Below the pieces are notes generated by a model. That model saw only the letters and a program-made list of their open reading frames with translations, searched no databases and was not told the DNA's origin. The position numbers were made by a program, and so were the translations under genes. Below are positions 19,221 to 29,213 of a stretch of DNA of 64,000 bases, in pieces. Each line of letters begins with the position of its first letter. Position 1 is the first letter of the stretch. Origin of the DNA: Bacteroidota bacterium (lineage in GTDB: Bacteria > Bacteroidota > Bacteroidia > 2-12-FULL-35-15); the NCBI GenBank assembly GCA_021323165.1, contig JAJTCJ010000017.1, positions 8,645 to 72,644 on the forward strand. Reading direction: 5' to 3'.

Positions 19221-21045
19221 CTATTTCACCCCAACTTCTTTCTCTATCTTCTCGATCTCCTCTATAAGATCTTTCTCTACAACAAGATTGTCAATAATAA
19301 AATCCTGTCTTTCAGGAGTGTTCTTACCCATAAAATAACTTAACATTTCAAAGATCTTGTCTTTACCAATAATCACAGGATCTTTACGCATATCTTTTCC
19401 AATGAACAATTTAAATTCGTCAGGCGAGATCTCTCCTAAACCCTTAAATCGTGTGATCTCCGGTTTAACACCAAGCTTTGCAATAGCTGCTTTTCTTTCT
19501 TCGTCACTATAGCAATAGATCGTTTCTTTCTTGTTCCTTACACGAAATAAAGGAGTCTGCAGAATGTAAACATGTCCGTTCTTCACCAGATCCGGAAAAA
19601 ACTGAAGAAAGAATGTCATTAACAGTAAACGGATATGCATTCCATCCACATCGGCATCGGTTGCAACCACTATATTATTGTAACGAAGATTCTCAATACC
19701 ATCTTCAATATTTAAAGCTGCCTGAAGAAGGTTAAATTCTTCATTTTCATAAACTATTTTTTTTGTAAGTCCGAATGCAAGTGATGGATCCGCTTGCAGA
19801 ATCTCCCTCACAGATGAATAAAGTTGTATCCAGCTTACGTTCATCATTCGAGTTAAAATGAACTCTGCAGTCACGTAATTTTTTATTATGAAGATTTGAT
19901 TTCTTAGCGCGTTCACGTGCAAGCTTTTGAATTCCCTGCAGATCCTTACGCTCACGTTCACTTTGCTGAATCTTCTGTAAAATAGACTGAGCTACTTCCG
20001 GATTCTTATGAAGGAAGTTATCAAGCTCCGTTTTCATAAAATCACCAATAAAACTTTTCACAGATGGTCCTTTTGGCCCGATCTCCTGCGATCCAAGTTT
20101 TGTTTTGGTCTGTGACTCAAATACAGGCTCCTGAACTTTAATGCTGACTGCAGCAATAATAGATGTTCTTACATCAACCGCTTCAAAATCTTTCTTAAAG
20201 AAATCACGAATAGTTTTTACAACGGCTTCACGAAATGCTCCCTGGTGTGTACCACCCTGTGTTGTATGCTGACCGTTAACAAATGAATAATACTCTTCAC
20301 CATATTGTTGGTTGCTGTGGGTCATCGCCACTTCAATATCATAACCTTTCAGATGAATGGTAGGATATAAAATAGGACCATTAATGTTTTGGGTAAGAAG
20401 GTCAAGTAAACCGTTTTCCGAATGGAACTTTTGACCGTTATAGTTTATAGTCAGACCGGTATTCAGGTAAGCATAGTTCCATAACATCTTCTCCACATAC
20501 TCATTGATAAAATGGTAATTTCCAAAAATTGCCTCATCAGGAGTAAAGGTTACGAGTGTTCCTTTGCGGGCATCAGATGCCGTGAGCTTATCTTCTTTTA
20601 CTAACTTACCTTTTGTGAACTCAGCAGATTTGGTTTGGTTATCACGGTAAGCCTGAACTACGAAATAGCTTGATAATGCATTTACCGCTTTAGTACCTAC
20701 TCCGTTCAGACCAACAGATTTTTTAAATGCTTCAGAATCGTACTTTGCACCAGTGTTAATCTTGGACACAACATCCACCAGCTTACCTAATGGAATACCA
20801 CGGCCATAATCACGTACCCGAACGGTTTTATCTTTAATTGTGATGTCAATGGATTTTCCATTCCCCATCACAAACTCATCGATACAGTTATCAAGAGTTT
20901 CCTTTAAAAGGATATAGATACCGTCATCCGGTGAAGAACCATCACCCAGCTTACCGATATACATTCCCGGACGAAGGCGGATGTGTTCATTCCATTCCAG
21001 CGTCCTGATACTGTCTTCGTTATATTTTACTTCTTTTTCTGCCAT
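19221..21045 (-). pseudogene. parE: DNA topoisomerase IV subunit B, split in this sequence by a block deletion and frameshift in the TOPRIM domain (probably an assembly gap)
   Basis: GHKL motifs ([22 protein letters not shown]) and EGDSA in ORF 19747-21075; ATDADVDG and RFKGLGE in ORF 19221-19961; the RGKPLN segment is absent. Confidence 0.92.
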
Positions 21046-21070
21046 TTTGTTTTCTGTTTTGTGTGTTGCC

Positions 21071-21128
21071 GTCATCCTGAACTTGTTTCAGGATCCGCGC
21101 GCAGATTTTGAAACAAGTTCAGAATGAC
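21071..21128. repeat. GTCAT...ATGAC paired palindromic element
   Basis: GTCATCCTGAACTTGTTTCAGGATC ... GATTTTGAAACAAGTTCAGAATGAC; near-identical arm at 56753. Confidence 0.85.
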
Positions 21129-21150
21129 CTTCGCACAATTAACAATCTAT

Positions 21151-22251
21151 TTACACATTAAACCTGAAATGCATCAGGTCACCATCATTAACCACATATT
21201 CTTTTCCTTCTACTCCCATCTTACCTGCTTCCTTACAAGCCGCTTCAGAACCCAATCTTACGAAATCTTCGTACTTGATCACCTCAGCACGGATAAAACC
21301 TTTTTCAAAATCCGTGTGAATAACTCCGGCTGCCTGTGGTGCTGTCATTCCCTTTTCAATTGTCCATGCACGTACTTCTTTAACCCCTGCAGTAAAGTAA
21401 GTCTGAAGATTAAGTATACGATAAGCAGCTTTGATCAGATGATTTACACCTGGTTCTGACAAGCCCATCTCTGCTAAGAACATTTGTCGTTCCTCAAAGG
21501 TTTCAAGACTTGCTATTTCTGCTTCCATTGCTGCAGTTATTATAAGCACTTCAGCATTTTCATCCTTAACAGCTTCCTTCACCTGGTCAACATATTTATT
21601 TCCAGTTTTCACTGAAGCCTCATCAACGTTACAAACATACAATACCGGCTTCACGGTTAATAAATGACAATCAGCAATATATTGCATATCGTTTTCATTC
21701 AGATTTGCTGATCTTGCAGATTTACCTTGTTCAAGAAGATTTTTCACATTCACCAACACGTCATATGCTTTCTTAGCTTCTTTGTCATTTCCAGTCTTGG
21801 CCATTTTCTCCACACGCTTGATCTTTGTTTCAACTGATTCAAGATCCTTTAACTGCAATTCGGTATCAATGATCTCTTTATCCCTTATCGGATTAACAGA
21901 GCCATCCACATGTATGACATTGTCATCATCAAAGCAGCGCAATACATGAATGATCGCATTTGTCTCACGAATATTGGCAAGGAACTTATTCCCAAGGCCT
22001 TCTCCTTTACTGGCTCCTTTTACCAGACCTGCAATATCTACTATTTCCACTGTAGTTGGAACCACTCTCTCCGGTTTTACCAAACCTTCCAAAACAGCTA
22101 AACGCTCATCAGGAACGGTGATCACCCCTACGTTCGGCTCTATAGTACAAAAAGGAAAATTAGCCGCCTGGGCTTTTGCATTCGATAAACAATTAAACAA
22201 AGTTGATTTCCCCACGTTTGGTAAACCCACTATTCCACACTGTAAAGCCAT
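21151..22251 (-). CDS. ychF: Redox-regulated ATPase YchF
   Basis: GIVGLPNVGKST, NFPFCTIEPN, DIAGLV, GLGNKFL, GFIRAEV motifs. Confidence 0.98.
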   Translation of the reverse strand: MALQCGIVGLPNVGKSTLFNCLSNAKAQAANFPFCTIEPNVGVITVPDERLAVLEGLVKPERVVPTTVEIVDIAGLVKGASKGEGLGNKFLANIRETNAIIHVLRCFDDDNVIHVDGSVNPIRDKEIIDTELQLKDLESVETKIKRVEKMAKTGNDKEAKKAYDVLVNVKNLLEQGKSARSANLNENDMQYIADCHLLTVKPVLYVCNVDEASVKTGNKYVDQVKEAVKDENAEVLIITAAMEAEIASLETFEERQMFLAEMGLSEPGVNHLIKAAYRILNLQTYFTAGVKEVRAWTIEKGMTAPQAAGVIHTDFEKGFIRAEVIKYEDFVRLGSEAACKEAGKMGVEGKEYVVNDGDLMHFRFNV

Positions 22252-22393
22252 ATTTTCTTAATTAATGATTTGGTAAATTAGAGATTTGGAGAATTATTGA
22301 TTTCGAATTAAAACATGAATTATCAGGTAAACACAAGTACACTTCAACAATTCTCTATTTCTCCAATTTTTAATCCCCTTAGATTTCAGCCCG

Positions 22394-22401
22394 CAAATAT
22401 A
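22394..22401 (-). promoter_or_regulatory. -7 promoter element for ychF(-parEC)
   Basis: TATATTTG on the minus strand. Confidence 0.6.
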
Positions 22402-22505
22402 GCCAACTAAGCACTTTTAAAAAACCCTTATCCCCCTTAATTTCCTTGAGTTTTCAACAATACACCTATATTTTCAACAATACATGAAAGGCTTGCAAAA
22501 AGTGG

Positions 22506-22513
22506 TACTTTTG
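22506..22513 (+). promoter_or_regulatory. -7 promoter element for the transketolase operon
   Basis: TACTTTTG upstream of ATG 22552. Confidence 0.65.
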
Positions 22514-22551
22514 AACGCTTAGAACAAAAACCGACAATAATCCAAGTTTAT

Positions 22552-23403
22552 ATGGCATCCACAGCAGAATTAGAAAAGATTGTATCTCAGGTAAGAAGAG
22601 ACATTGTTAGAATGGTACATGCAGTAAATTCAGGTCATCCGGGTGGTTCACTGGGATGTGCCGAGTATTTCACTGCTCTCTACTTCGAAATTATGAAACA
22701 TGAACCTTCTAAATTCAATATGGATGGCAAAGGAGAAGATGTTTTTTTCCTTTCAAATGGACATATCTCACCGGTGTTTTACAGTGTTCTTGCCAGATCA
22801 GGATATTTTCCCGTAAAAGAACTTGCTACATTCCGTAAACTGGATTCTCGTTTACAGGGACATCCTACAACTCACGAAGGACTACCGGGAGTTCGTGTTG
22901 CATCAGGCTCTTTAGGCCAGGGACTTTCGGTGGGTATCGGTGCTGCATTGGCGAAAAAACTGAATAAGGATAATAGCATTGTATATACTCTCCACGGTGA
23001 TGGAGAACTTCAGGAAGGACAGATCTGGGAAGCTGCAATGTATGCTTCCGCAAAAAAAGTGGATAACATCATTTCAACAGTTGATATGAACGGACAGCAG
23101 ATTGATGGCTCAACTGATCAGGTATTACCAATGGGAAGCCTTCGTGCAAAGTTCGAAGCTTTTGGCTGGGATGTACTCGACCTTGAAAGAGGAAATAATA
23201 TTTCTTCTGTTGTTGCAGCTCTTAAACAAGCAAAAGAACATACAGGAAAAGGAAAGCCGGTTATGATCCTTATGAAAACAGAAATGGGCCATGGAGTCGA
23301 CTTCATGATGGGAAGCCACAAATGGCACGGTGTTGCGCCTAACGATGAACAATTGGCACAGGCTTTGACCCAAAACCACCTCGATGACGAAAAGGATTAC
23401 TAA
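22552..23403 (+). CDS. Transketolase, N-terminal (TPP-binding) subunit
   Basis: SGHPGGSL, SNGH, LQGHP, GSLGQG, GDGELQEG motifs. Confidence 0.95.
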   Translation: MASTAELEKIVSQVRRDIVRMVHAVNSGHPGGSLGCAEYFTALYFEIMKHEPSKFNMDGKGEDVFFLSNGHISPVFYSVLARSGYFPVKELATFRKLDSRLQGHPTTHEGLPGVRVASGSLGQGLSVGIGAALAKKLNKDNSIVYTLHGDGELQEGQIWEAAMYASAKKVDNIISTVDMNGQQIDGSTDQVLPMGSLRAKFEAFGWDVLDLERGNNISSVVAALKQAKEHTGKGKPVMILMKTEMGHGVDFMMGSHKWHGVAPNDEQLAQALTQNHLDDEKDY

Positions 23404-23452
23404 TCTTCATTAAAAAATTCCTAAGTCAAAATTCAAAGTTAATAACCCAAAT

Positions 23453-24856
23453 ATGCATTTCAGAAAAAAACCATTGCTTTTCAATAAGATGAGAACCGTT
23501 TTTCTTCTGACTTTTGCCTTACTCACTTTTATCTTACCGGCCCAGCCAGCAAAACCTCTTACCAGAATTGAGTTTGTCTTTGATGCATCATTCAGTATGT
23601 TCGGACAATGGCAAAGCGGAATGAAAATGGATATTGCCAAGAAAATGCTTACCGAATTTCTTGACAGTTTAAAAACAGTGAACAACTTAGAAATTGCTTT
23701 TCGTTGTTACGGCCACCAGGTTCCTTTACGCCCCGAAAGAAGCTGCACTGACACAAGATTAGAAGTACCTTTTCATCCGAATACGCGAAACAACGTTCTT
23801 CTGATAAAGAATAAGTTAAAAACGATACTTCCAAAAGGAACTACCCCGATCGCCTACACACTTGAACAATGCGGTGGCGACTTTCCTACTCCTTCAAATC
23901 CTAATCTAAGAAACATCATCATTCTGATCACTGACGGAATTGAAGAATGCGATGGCGACCCTTGCGCTGTTTCGCTAGCTCTCCAGAAAAAAGGGATCAT
24001 CCTCAAACCTTTTGTTATTGGTATTGGTATGGACCAAAGCTATCTGAATACATTTGGCTGCATGGGAAAGTTTTATGATGCTTCTACTGAAGCCAGCTTT
24101 AAGAATATCCTGAATATTGTCATTTCTCAGGCAATGAACAATACAACAGTGCAGGTAAATCTGAATGATCAGATTGGAAAACCAACTGAAACAGACGTGA
24201 ATATGACCTTTTACGATGAGAACTCAGGTTTGATCAGATATAATTACATGCACTCTATTAATAATAAAGGCGTTCCGGATACAGTGGGTATTGATCCTAT
24301 CGGAACCTACAAAATGGTTGTTCATACCATTCCTCCGCTAGAAAAGAAAGGAATCGAACTTATACCAGGAAAACACAATATTATAGCTGTTGATGCTCCT
24401 CAGGGCTATATAAATCTTAAAACCTCTGGAAATTATCCTCCTGCATGCATAATCCGAAAGCATGGAGATATGCAGACCATTCACCTCCAGCAATTCAATA
24501 CCACCGAAAAATTCATTGTTGGCAAATACGATCTTGAGATCCTGACTCTTCCCCGGATAAAGCTCAACAAGACGGATGTTTCTCAAAGCAAAACAACTAC
24601 CATCGAAATACCTCAGGCTGGTATAGCAACTATTGCAAAACCCAGTGAAGGCCCCGGCAGCTTATATGTTGAAGAGAATAATGTATTGGTCTGGATCGCC
24701 AATCTTAATAGTTCACTTACCCAGGAAACCTTTATCTTACAACCAGGAAAATATCGGGTTGAATACCGTCCTAAAAGTGCAAAAGAATCGATTTATACAG
24801 TTGAAAGAAGATTTAAGATCGACTCAGGAATCTCAACTCCTGTAAAATTATACTAA
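23453..24856 (+). CDS. Secreted von Willebrand factor A domain protein
   Basis: Signal peptide (likely start 23489); MIDAS DASFS, GTTPIA, LITDGIEEC. Confidence 0.85.
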   Translation: MHFRKKPLLFNKMRTVFLLTFALLTFILPAQPAKPLTRIEFVFDASFSMFGQWQSGMKMDIAKKMLTEFLDSLKTVNNLEIAFRCYGHQVPLRPERSCTDTRLEVPFHPNTRNNVLLIKNKLKTILPKGTTPIAYTLEQCGGDFPTPSNPNLRNIIILITDGIEECDGDPCAVSLALQKKGIILKPFVIGIGMDQSYLNTFGCMGKFYDASTEASFKNILNIVISQAMNNTTVQVNLNDQIGKPTETDVNMTFYDENSGLIRYNYMHSINNKGVPDTVGIDPIGTYKMVVHTIPPLEKKGIELIPGKHNIIAVDAPQGYINLKTSGNYPPACIIRKHGDMQTIHLQQFNTTEKFIVGKYDLEILTLPRIKLNKTDVSQSKTTTIEIPQAGIATIAKPSEGPGSLYVEENNVLVWIANLNSSLTQETFILQPGKYRVEYRPKSAKESIYTVERRFKIDSGISTPVKLY

Positions 24857-24900
24857 ACTGATTAACAGCAAAATATACAACTTATTTAAACATAAAAACA

Positions 24901-25857
24901 ATGAAAAAATTTACTTACACCGAAAAAAAAGATACACGTTCAGGTTTTGGAGCCGGTTTGTCAGAATTAGGAAAAACCAATCCTAATGTTGTAGCTCTTT
25001 GTGCTGATCTTACCGGATCATTAAAGATGGATGCATTTGCAAAAGATCATCCGGAGCGCTTTTTTCAGGTAGGTATAGCGGAGGCGAATATGATAGGAAT
25101 TGCTGCGGGTTTAACGATTGGTGGTAAGATTCCTTTCACCGGAACATTTGCTAATTTTTCTACCGGAAGGGTCTATGATCAGATCCGGCAATCTGTTGCA
25201 TATTCAGGCAAAAATGTAAAGATCTGCGCCTCTCACGCAGGTTTAACTCTCGGAGAGGATGGAGCAACCCATCAGATACTTGAAGATCTGGGACTTATGA
25301 AAATGCTGCCTGGAATGACCGTAATAAATCCCTGCGACTTTAACCAGACAAAAGCGGCAACCATTGCAATAGCAGACCATGAAGGGCCGGTTTATCTCCG
25401 TTTTGGCCGTCCAACAGTTCCTAACTTCACCCCTGCTGATCAGAAGTTTGAAATTGGAAAGGCCGTGATCTTAAATGAAGGGACCGATGTAACTATTTTT
25501 GCTACAGGCCACTTGGTTTGGAAAGCAATTGAAGCTGGAGAGCAGCTTTCTGCTAAAGGTATCAGTGTTGAAATAATAAATATCCATACAATTAAACCAT
25601 TGGATAATGAAGCAGTCCTAGCATCGGCTAAAAAGACCGGATGTGTGGTTACTGCTGAAGAGCACCAGATGAACGGAGGATTAGGTGACAGTATTGCTCA
25701 GCTTCTGGCACGTGAACTTCCTACTCCACTTGAGATGGTTGCAGTGAATGATAGTTTCGGAGAAAGCGGGACACCGGATCAGCTGATGACAAAATATGGT
25801 TTGGATGCCATTAATATCGTTAATGCCGTTGAGCGAGTAATAAAAAGAAAAAGTTAA
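24901..25857 (+). CDS. Transketolase, C-terminal subunit
   Basis: GIAEANMIG, GEDGATHQ, PVYLRFGR, TIKPLD, AEEH motifs. Confidence 0.95.
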   Translation: MKKFTYTEKKDTRSGFGAGLSELGKTNPNVVALCADLTGSLKMDAFAKDHPERFFQVGIAEANMIGIAAGLTIGGKIPFTGTFANFSTGRVYDQIRQSVAYSGKNVKICASHAGLTLGEDGATHQILEDLGLMKMLPGMTVINPCDFNQTKAATIAIADHEGPVYLRFGRPTVPNFTPADQKFEIGKAVILNEGTDVTIFATGHLVWKAIEAGEQLSAKGISVEIINIHTIKPLDNEAVLASAKKTGCVVTAEEHQMNGGLGDSIAQLLARELPTPLEMVAVNDSFGESGTPDQLMTKYGLDAINIVNAVERVIKRKS

Positions 25858-25916
25858 AGGTTGCCCGTTAAAAGGTTAGGTACGTACCCATTAACTTTTA
25901 ACCTTTAACGAATAAC

Positions 25917-26459
25917 ATGAATTCCGATAAAGAGCTTTTAATAAAATTCAGAGATCCCGAAACACGTAATTACGCGTTTAACCTGCTCGTCCGCGAATAT
26001 CAAAAAAGGCTTTACTGGCACATCAGAAAAATCCTCATCGACCACGATGACAGTAATGATGTGCTTCAGAATGTATTTATCAAGGTCTGGAAAAATCTCG
26101 ATGCTTTCAAAGAAGAATCCCAGCTCTATACCTGGCTTTACAGAATAGCCACCAACGAATCTATCACTTTTTTAAATCAAAAAAAGAAACGAGCCGGCAT
26201 TCCAATGGATGATGTTTCTGATTTCTTAGCGGCTAACCTGGAAAGCGATCATTACTTCAAGGGCGATGAGATCCAGGCTAAGCTTCAGAAAGCAATTCTC
26301 ACCCTGCCCGATAAACAGCGCATTGTTTTTAACATGAGGTATTTTGATGAGATCAAATACGAAGAAATGAGTGAGATCCTTGAAACATCCGTAGGCGCAT
26401 TAAAAGCATCCTATCATCATGCAGTAAAAAAAGTGGAAGATCATTTAAAGAACCATTAA
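25917..26459 (+). CDS. ECF RNA polymerase sigma factor
   Basis: Region 2 (DVLQNVFIKVW, TWLYRIATN) and region 4 (LPDKQR, YEEMSEIL). Confidence 0.93.
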   Translation: MNSDKELLIKFRDPETRNYAFNLLVREYQKRLYWHIRKILIDHDDSNDVLQNVFIKVWKNLDAFKEESQLYTWLYRIATNESITFLNQKKKRAGIPMDDVSDFLAANLESDHYFKGDEIQAKLQKAILTLPDKQRIVFNMRYFDEIKYEEMSEILETSVGALKASYHHAVKKVEDHLKNH

Positions 26460-26491
26460 ACCTTTATCAATATTAAGGCTCAAAGAATCAA

Positions 26492-27058
26492 ATGAATCCT
26501 AACATAACAGATAACAATTTTAATGAAGGACCTGGTCCTTCTTTCGGAGAAGGAAACAAAAACCCCTTCAGAACTGAGGCGGACTATTTTGAGAACTTTG
26601 CAGAAAGTATTTCAGGTAAGATCGAAATTCATGAAGAATTGAAAAATGAAGCGCCTCTTTTAAGCAGCATCCCTAAATACAATCCATTTATAACTCCAAA
26701 AGGTTATTTTGATGAGCTTCCATCATCTGTTCAGGAAAAATGCCTCATCACGACCTCCGGTTATTCTTTTTTTGAAATATTGAAATTGATCTTCCGGCCT
26801 AATTTTGCTATTCCGGTAGTTCTGGTAATCGTTTTGGCTTTTACAGCTATTCGCTACATAGATAATGACCCTATAGAAAAAGTAGTGGCTCAAGAATTAA
26901 ATATTGATGATCATCTACTTAATATTGATGAATCGGTTATTATTGAAGCCCTTGCTTCTGCTTCCACAAAAGAAATGGAAATGGATCCTGAAAATGAGCT
27001 CATAAAAGATTATCTGCTGGATAATAATATAGAAGAAGATCTTAACAACGAATTATAA
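26492..27058 (+). CDS. Putative membrane-anchored anti-sigma factor
   Basis: Repeated PF..P.(G/D)YF(D/E) motifs, single TM helix, directly after the ECF sigma. Confidence 0.65.
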   Translation: MNPNITDNNFNEGPGPSFGEGNKNPFRTEADYFENFAESISGKIEIHEELKNEAPLLSSIPKYNPFITPKGYFDELPSSVQEKCLITTSGYSFFEILKLIFRPNFAIPVVLVIVLAFTAIRYIDNDPIEKVVAQELNIDDHLLNIDESVIIEALASASTKEMEMDPENELIKDYLLDNNIEEDLNNEL

Positions 27059-27073
27059 AAAACAATATCCCCT

Positions 27074-27565
27074 ATGAAAACAATATTATTAAGACATTGC
27101 ATCATTATTTCATTGATTTGCTTTTCTGCTCCTTCTTTCGCACAGCTTACCACGTCTAAAAATAAAGTCGCACGGGAAGAAAGACGGGATAATATTGAAT
27201 CAATGAAGATCGCTTTCCTGACTAAAAAACTGGATCTGACTCCCGAAGAAGCACAACAGTTCTGGCCTGTATATAATCAGTATACTGATAAACTGCAGGA
27301 ATTGCGCAAAAAGCACCGTTTGGAAAACAAAGATGCGAAGCACAATTTTGATATTATGACTGATAAAGAAGTTGAGCAAACCGTAGACAATGAAATGGCT
27401 TTTCGTCAAAAGGAGATCGATATTCAAAAAGACTATCATTCAAAATTCAAAGCAGTACTCCCAATCAAAAAGGTTGCAAAACTATATCAGGCGGAAGAAC
27501 AGTTTAAGCGTGTACTTCTTGATAAATTAAAAAGAGATCAGCCTCCGGTGAGGGAAAATAATTAG
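27074..27565 (+). CDS. Periplasmic Spy/CpxP-like protein (sensor of ECF sigma type)
   Basis: Signal peptide; KIAFLTKKLDLTPEEAQQFWPVYNQY motif. Confidence 0.75.
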   Translation: MKTILLRHCIIISLICFSAPSFAQLTTSKNKVAREERRDNIESMKIAFLTKKLDLTPEEAQQFWPVYNQYTDKLQELRKKHRLENKDAKHNFDIMTDKEVEQTVDNEMAFRQKEIDIQKDYHSKFKAVLPIKKVAKLYQAEEQFKRVLLDKLKRDQPPVRENN

Positions 27566-27703
27566 TTAATGGTTAATTGGTTATTAGGCTGTGTATCAAT
27601 TTGAGAACAATCGTATTAGTGGTTTTACTTTTCGTGACGGTAATAAGATCCTCAATTTTTAAATATGGCCTAAATAACTATTAACTAATTAACCATTCTC
27701 CAA

Positions 27704-28603
27704 TTAAGAGCGGGGATGAAACTGAATTATTGCCGACCTTAAATATTCCCTGTCAAGGTGCGTATAAATTTCAGTTGTTGTTATTGATTCATGCCCCAGC
27801 ATTTCCTGAACAGCTCTCAAATCAGCTCCGCCTTCAATTAAATGGGTAGCAAAAGAATGTCGGAAGGTATGCGGACTAATATGTTTTTTTAGTTGCGCTT
27901 TAGCGGCAAGCCGCTTTATTATAGTAAATATCATCACCCTTGTCAGCCTGGCCCCCCTTCTGTTAAGAAATAAAAAATCCTCATGATCCTTTTTAACTGG
28001 AATATGCACGCGGATCTCATCCTTGTAAATATTGATCTGCTTAATTGCCACGCTGCCTATAGGAACCAGCCTTTCTTTATCCCCTTTCCCTGTAACTTTT
28101 ATAAACTCATCATTAAAATACAAATGAGATATCTTAAGATTAACCAACTCGCTCACCCTTAAGCCGCAGCTGTAAAGAGTTTCAATCATCGCTTTATTCC
28201 GTTGCCCCTCATTCGAACTTAAGTCGATTGCCTCAATAATTTTGTTGATATCATTCACACTAAGCGTATCAGGAAGTTTTCTTCCAAGCTTTGGAGCTTC
28301 AAGTAATGTTGTTGGATCATTGCTAACAACATTTTCAAGCAGCAGGTACTTGTAAAAACCCTTGATTCCGCTTATCATTCTTGCCTGTGAATGCGCAGCC
28401 ATACCAAGCTCATTCACCCACTTTACAAAATCCTGTAAATGCTGGAGCTCCAATTCCTTTGGAGAGATTTCCATTTTTTTATATTCGAGAAACTGCAGAA
28501 GCTTGTGTACATCATGAAGGTATGCTTCCACCGAATTACCCGAGAGTGAGCGCTCCAGTTGTAAAAAAGATTTATAGCCCTGTATGTATGGTTTCCAGTT
28601 CAA
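27704..28603 (-). CDS. xerD: Site-specific tyrosine recombinase XerD
   Basis: LYSCGLRVSEL, GKGDKERLVP, SPHTFRHSFATHL, LGHESITTTEIY. Confidence 0.92.
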   Translation of the reverse strand: MNWKPYIQGYKSFLQLERSLSGNSVEAYLHDVHKLLQFLEYKKMEISPKELELQHLQDFVKWVNELGMAAHSQARMISGIKGFYKYLLLENVVSNDPTTLLEAPKLGRKLPDTLSVNDINKIIEAIDLSSNEGQRNKAMIETLYSCGLRVSELVNLKISHLYFNDEFIKVTGKGDKERLVPIGSVAIKQINIYKDEIRVHIPVKKDHEDFLFLNRRGARLTRVMIFTIIKRLAAKAQLKKHISPHTFRHSFATHLIEGGADLRAVQEMLGHESITTTEIYTHLDREYLRSAIIQFHPRS

Positions 28604-28698
28604 ATGATGCGTATATTCAGTTTAAAATTACAACAGAGAATTTTACTTTATCTTTACATGCAATAATTTAACGAACAACCAATAACTCATAACTCATT

Positions 28699-29118
28699 AT
28701 GAAGCTCATCATCATCAACGGCCCTAACCTTAATTTATTAGGCACAAGAGAAACAGACGTTTATGGTTCTCAAACCTTTGATGAATATTTTTCCTCTCTG
28801 AAAACCAAATTCCCATCGATCGAATTAACAAACTATCAAAGTAATGTGGAAGGTGAATTAATAAACAAGATCCATGAAACTGGGTTTGATCATAATGGTA
28901 TAATATTAAATGCAGGAGGGTATACACATACCTCTGTCGCTTTACGCGATGCCATTGCTTCAGTAAAAACTCCTGTGATAGAAGTCCATATCTCAAACAT
29001 TTTTGCCAGGGAAGAGTTTCGTCACGTTTCCCTTATCGCACCCAAATGCAAAGGATCAATCTCCGGATTCGGACTGGATTCATACAGACTTGCCGTTGAA
29101 AGTTTCCTGTGTAAATAA
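28699..29118 (+). CDS. aroQ: Type II 3-dehydroquinate dehydratase
   Basis: NGPNLNLLG.RE..YG, HTSVA, EVHISN..AREEFRH. Confidence 0.97.
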   Translation: MKLIIINGPNLNLLGTRETDVYGSQTFDEYFSSLKTKFPSIELTNYQSNVEGELINKIHETGFDHNGIILNAGGYTHTSVALRDAIASVKTPVIEVHISNIFAREEFRHVSLIAPKCKGSISGFGLDSYRLAVESFLCK

Positions 29119-29213
29119 ACAGATTTCTCAATTTAGAGAAACGGAACAAATTTTGCTTTTCGGTTAAACCTTTTATATTAAGGAAGGTCATAATCCAAAT
29201 AAATCATAAAAAC

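Noticed and set aside
19747-19790. Programmed ribosomal frameshift in parE at the A8 run
   Set aside because: About 19 conserved residues are missing from the DNA, so no frameshift could rebuild ParE.
27704-28603. Tyrosine recombinase as a prophage or island integrase
   Set aside because: Size and motifs fit housekeeping XerD; no phage genes or att repeats nearby.
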